The notes beneath the pieces were generated by a model. The model made no database searches, had not been told where the DNA came from, and saw only the letters and a list, made by a program, of their open reading frames with translations. The translations under genes and the position numbers were made by a program. A DNA stretch of 64,000 bases from an uncultured Gemmatimonadales bacterium (GTDB taxonomy: Bacteria; Gemmatimonadota; Gemmatimonadetes; Gemmatimonadales; GWC2-71-9), in the NCBI GenBank assembly GCA_963828735.1, contig CAWHFW010000002.1, positions 608,001 through 672,000 of the forward strand. Reading direction: 5' to 3'. Shown here one piece after another: positions 61,016 to 64,000 of this stretch (position 1 is its first letter; every line of letters starts with the position of its first letter).

Positions 61016-62023
61016 TCACATCCCCCTCGCCACGTCCCTGGGCGCGAACACACCGCGATCGGTGATGATCGCCGTCACCAGCTCCGCGGGCGTCACGTCG
61101 AACGCCGGGTTCCACACGGCCGCCTCGGCCGGCGCCGCGGTGTGCCCCCGCCACCCCGCCACCTCCGACGCCGCGCGCTCCTCGATCGGAATACTGCTGC
61201 CGTCCGGCGTCGCCGGATCGATCGTCGACGTGGGCGCCGCCACGTAGAACGGCACGCCGTGCGCCCGGGCGGCCAACGCCACCCCGTAGGTCCCGATCTT
61301 GTTGGCCACGTCACCATTGGCCGCGATCCTGTCCGCCCCCACGATCACGCAGGTCACGTCGCCCCGGCGGAGCCGGCTCGCGGCCATGCCGTCCGCGATC
61401 ACGGTCACCGGCACTCCCGCGCGGCTCAGCTCCCAGGCGGTGAGGCGGCTGCCCTGCAGCAGCGGCCGGGTCTCGTCCGCCACGACTGCGACCCGGCGAC
61501 CCGCCGAGTGGAGCGTGTACACCGGTGCCAGCGCGGTCCCGATCCCGCCGGTCGCGAGCGCGCCGGCGTTGCAGTGCGTGAGGACCAGCGCATCGCCGCC
61601 GATCAGCGCGGCGCCGGCCTCGCCGATCCTGGCGCACATCGCGCGATCTTCGTCCCAGATGGCGCTGGCCTCGTCGCGGAGGTCGGCCGCGAGGCGCTCG
61701 GGCGTCGAAGCGGCCGCGCGGCGCTCCATCCGCTTCAGTGCCCAGTGCAGGTTGACCGCGGTAGGCCGCGTGGCGCCCAGCACCTTCGACGCGGCGCGCA
61801 CCGCGTCGAGTGATGGCGGCCCCTGCCGCAGGCTCAGCGTCACCCCCATCGCCGCCGCGATGCCGATCAGGGGCGCACCCCGCACGCGGAGTGTGCGGAT
61901 GGCCTCGGCCACGGCGTCCACGGTGTCGAGGTCGAGGTACCGTTCGGTGTCCGGCAGGAGGGTCTGGTCGAGGATGCGAACGCCCCCGTCGGGCGTCCAC
62001 GCGATGGGCTGCGGAATGGTCAT
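61016..62023 (-). CDS. mtnA: S-methyl-5-thioribose-1-phosphate isomerase
   Basis: LDQTLLP, VRGAPLIG, TRPTAVNL, THCNAGALAT, ETRPLLQGSRLT, NPAFDVTP. Confidence 0.96.
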   Translation of the reverse strand: MTIPQPIAWTPDGGVRILDQTLLPDTERYLDLDTVDAVAEAIRTLRVRGAPLIGIAAAMGVTLSLRQGPPSLDAVRAASKVLGATRPTAVNLHWALKRMERRAAASTPERLAADLRDEASAIWDEDRAMCARIGEAGAALIGGDALVLTHCNAGALATGGIGTALAPVYTLHSAGRRVAVVADETRPLLQGSRLTAWELSRAGVPVTVIADGMAASRLRRGDVTCVIVGADRIAANGDVANKIGTYGVALAARAHGVPFYVAAPTSTIDPATPDGSSIPIEERAASEVAGWRGHTAAPAEAAVWNPAFDVTPAELVTAIITDRGVFAPRDVARGM

Positions 62024-62132
62024 GCGGCAAAGATACCGCGGAAGCGGGTCGTCCGTACTCGGGTATATTTTTGAGCCCGCGTCGGCAACGCGGCCCTCCG
62101 TTCGACCCCTGTCACCTTCACCGGTCCTCGCC

Positions 62133-62915
62133 ATGGCCTACACGACCCTGCTCTTCGACCTCGACGGCGGCATCGCCACCGTGACGGTGAACCGCCCCGA
62201 CAAGCTCAACGCGCTCAACGGGCAGGTCATCGCGGAGCTCGACGACGTCGCGGCCCGCGTCGAGCGCGAGCCGGAGATCCGCGCGGTGCTCCTCACGGGC
62301 GCGGGGACCAAGGCCTTTGTCGCGGGCGCCGACATCGGCGAGATCGGCGAGCAGGGCGCGACGGCGGGAACCGCGCGCGCCCTTGCGGGCCAGCGGATGA
62401 TGCGGCGCCTCGAAACGTGCGGGAAGCCGGTCGTGGCGGCTGTCAACGGATTCGCGCTCGGCGGGGGGTGCGAGCTTGCCATGGCCTGCCATCTCCGCAT
62501 CGCCAGCGACAACGCGCGCTTCGGACAACCAGAGGTGAAGCTCGGCCTCGGACCCGGATACGGCGGGACGGTGCGGCTGCCCAGGCTGGTGGGCCGGGGG
62601 CGCGCGCTGGAGCTACTGCTCACCGGCGCCATGATCGACGCCCACGAGGCCTGGCGCATCGGACTGGTCAACCGCGTGGTGCCGGCGGACCGGCTGATCG
62701 CGGACTCCACTGCCCTGCTCCGGACGATTCTGGAGAACGGTCCGCTGGCCGTTCGGGCCTGTTTGGAGCTGGTGGATGCGGGCCTGGACATGGGCCTCGA
62801 CCGGGCGCTCGGTCTCGAGGCGAGCTGGTTCGGGCTCCTCAGCGCAACCGCCGATATGCGCGAAGGCACCCGGGCCTTTCTCGAGAAGCGAAAGCCTGTC
62901 TTCACCGGGGCTTGA
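62133..62915 (+). CDS. Enoyl-CoA hydratase (crotonase family)
   Basis: NRPDKLNAL, FVAGADI, ALGGGCELAMAC, FGQPEVKLG. Confidence 0.93.
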   Translation: MAYTTLLFDLDGGIATVTVNRPDKLNALNGQVIAELDDVAARVEREPEIRAVLLTGAGTKAFVAGADIGEIGEQGATAGTARALAGQRMMRRLETCGKPVVAAVNGFALGGGCELAMACHLRIASDNARFGQPEVKLGLGPGYGGTVRLPRLVGRGRALELLLTGAMIDAHEAWRIGLVNRVVPADRLIADSTALLRTILENGPLAVRACLELVDAGLDMGLDRALGLEASWFGLLSATADMREGTRAFLEKRKPVFTGA

Positions 62916-62950
62916 GCCTGCAATTTCACCCTGCAACCGGCTATTTTTCC

Positions 62951-63367
62951 ATGATTCCAGGACGGGCGTTTCGGGGGATGTCGGGGTGGGCCGCGGTTGC
63001 GGCGGTGATCGGCTGCGGCACCCGGGACCGGCTGATTTTCCCGAGTGAGAACCCGGGAGATGGAGAGGGCCCGACCACCGAGGTCCTCCAGCCCGCCAGC
63101 CCCGATACGGTCGTGGTCGAAGGCGATCTCCTGATCGTGCAGGGGCGCAGCTTCGACCCCGACGGCGTGGACACGGTCTACATCGCGGTCGGCGGCATAG
63201 GTCAGGGCTTCGCGCCGATCCCGGGCCAGGGGAAGGACACCGTGGAGTTCGCCGTGCAGCTCTCGACCATCAACCACAGCGGCGCGACGGTGCTCGTGCA
63301 GGTCTTTGGCGTCGACGTGTTCGGCGACCAGGGCGGCATCGTCAGCCGGCAGATCCACATCGAGTAG
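62951..63367 (+). CDS. Hypothetical lipoprotein (Ig-like)
   Basis: VIGC lipobox-like; beta-rich; its stop overlaps the recF start. Confidence 0.6.
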   Translation: MIPGRAFRGMSGWAAVAAVIGCGTRDRLIFPSENPGDGEGPTTEVLQPASPDTVVVEGDLLIVQGRSFDPDGVDTVYIAVGGIGQGFAPIPGQGKDTVEFAVQLSTINHSGATVLVQVFGVDVFGDQGGIVSRQIHIE

Positions 63368-64000
63368 TGCGGCTCCGCCATTTCGTGGCTCGGGGGTTCC
63401 GCAATCTGGCGGACCTCGAGTGTGAGCCCCCCGCGTCCGGCCTGGTGCTCCTCGGCGCGAACGCCCAGGGCAAGACCAACCTGCTCGAGGCCATCTATTA
63501 CCCGGTGCTCTACCGCTCCTTCCGGGGCGCGCCGGACCAGGAAGTGGCCCGCTTCGACGGGCCGGGATTTCAGCTGGAAGCGGGACTCGAGGGCGCTCCC
63601 GCGACGTCGGTCGGCGCCAGCTATGCCGCAGCCAGCCGGCGCAAGCGGATCCTGGTGGACGACCAGGAGGCCGAGCGGGTGGCCGACGCGGTCGGTGGCT
63701 GGCTCGCGGTGTCCTTCCTTCCCGATGACGTGAGCCTTGCTGCCGGAACGGCCGCCGACCGTCGCGGCTATCTCGACCGGCTGCTGTCGCTGGCCGACCG
63801 CCACTACCTGCGAAGCCTCTCCCGCTACCGCGCGGCGCTGGCGCAGCGGAACAGCGCGCTTCGGCAGACCCGGTGGGAGCTCGCCCGTGCGTTCGATGCG
63901 CCGCTGGCCGCGTCGGGCGCCGAGATCGTGGCCCGGCGCCAACGCTGGGCTGCGGGCGCGGCCGAGCAGTTCGCGGCGGAGTTCGAGTGCCTGGGCGAAG
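63367..64000 (+). CDS. recF: DNA replication/repair protein RecF; runs off the window end
   Basis: Not in the ORF track. Hand translation: VRLRHFVARGFRNL...LLGANAQGKTNLLEAIYY...RSFRG...RRGYLDRLL...QRNSAL. Confidence 0.93.
   Translation, partial: MRLRHFVARGFRNLADLECEPPASGLVLLGANAQGKTNLLEAIYYPVLYRSFRGAPDQEVARFDGPGFQLEAGLEGAPATSVGASYAAASRRKRILVDDQEAERVADAVGGWLAVSFLPDDVSLAAGTAADRRGYLDRLLSLADRHYLRSLSRYRAALAQRNSALRQTRWELARAFDAPLAASGAEIVARRQRWAAGAAEQFAAEFECLGE

Overview
High-GC bacterial chromosomal window, most likely Gemmatimonadota (inferred from the EF-Tu, RpoB and RpoC sequence style; not verified). From left to right: (1) 1-6.9 kb, an accessory patch with a partial MASE1-PAS sensor, a truncated ECF sigma remnant and several secreted proteins, one with an OmpA domain. 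(2) 7-21.3 kb, the core cluster tRNA(Thr-Tyr-Gly-Thr)-tuf-rpmG-secE-nusG-rplKAJL-rpoBC, with a one-base frameshift in rpoB that is probably an assembly error. (3) cysS and an MscS gene, then an unusual Psp-like operon: five tandem PspB-like 'ERLDFAERLL' paralogues, a CesT-like chaperone, pspA, an AI-2E transporter and DUF1611, behind a TGAAAC-N17-CGTA ECF-type promoter. (4) S9 peptidase, sulfocyanin-like cupredoxin, uvrA, and a TPR/macrodomain/ABC/threonine aldolase operon. (5) 43.8-59.4 kb, a divergent energy locus. On the minus strand a group 1 [NiFe] uptake hydrogenase (small, large, cytochrome b, protease) runs into variant ccmE(CxxxY)-ccmF-ccmH genes flanked by zinc-ribbon genes. On the plus strand is a four-gene putative porin-cytochrome conduit (9-heme lipoprotein, ~20-heme membrane-anchored cytochrome broken by 4 frameshifts, beta-barrel, 16-heme cytochrome; ~45 heme motifs in total). 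(6) glpK, mtnA, enoyl-CoA hydratase and a partial recF. The best candidates for undescribed systems are the hydrogenase-linked multiheme conduit and the five-paralogue Psp operon. All calls were made by eye, without database searches.
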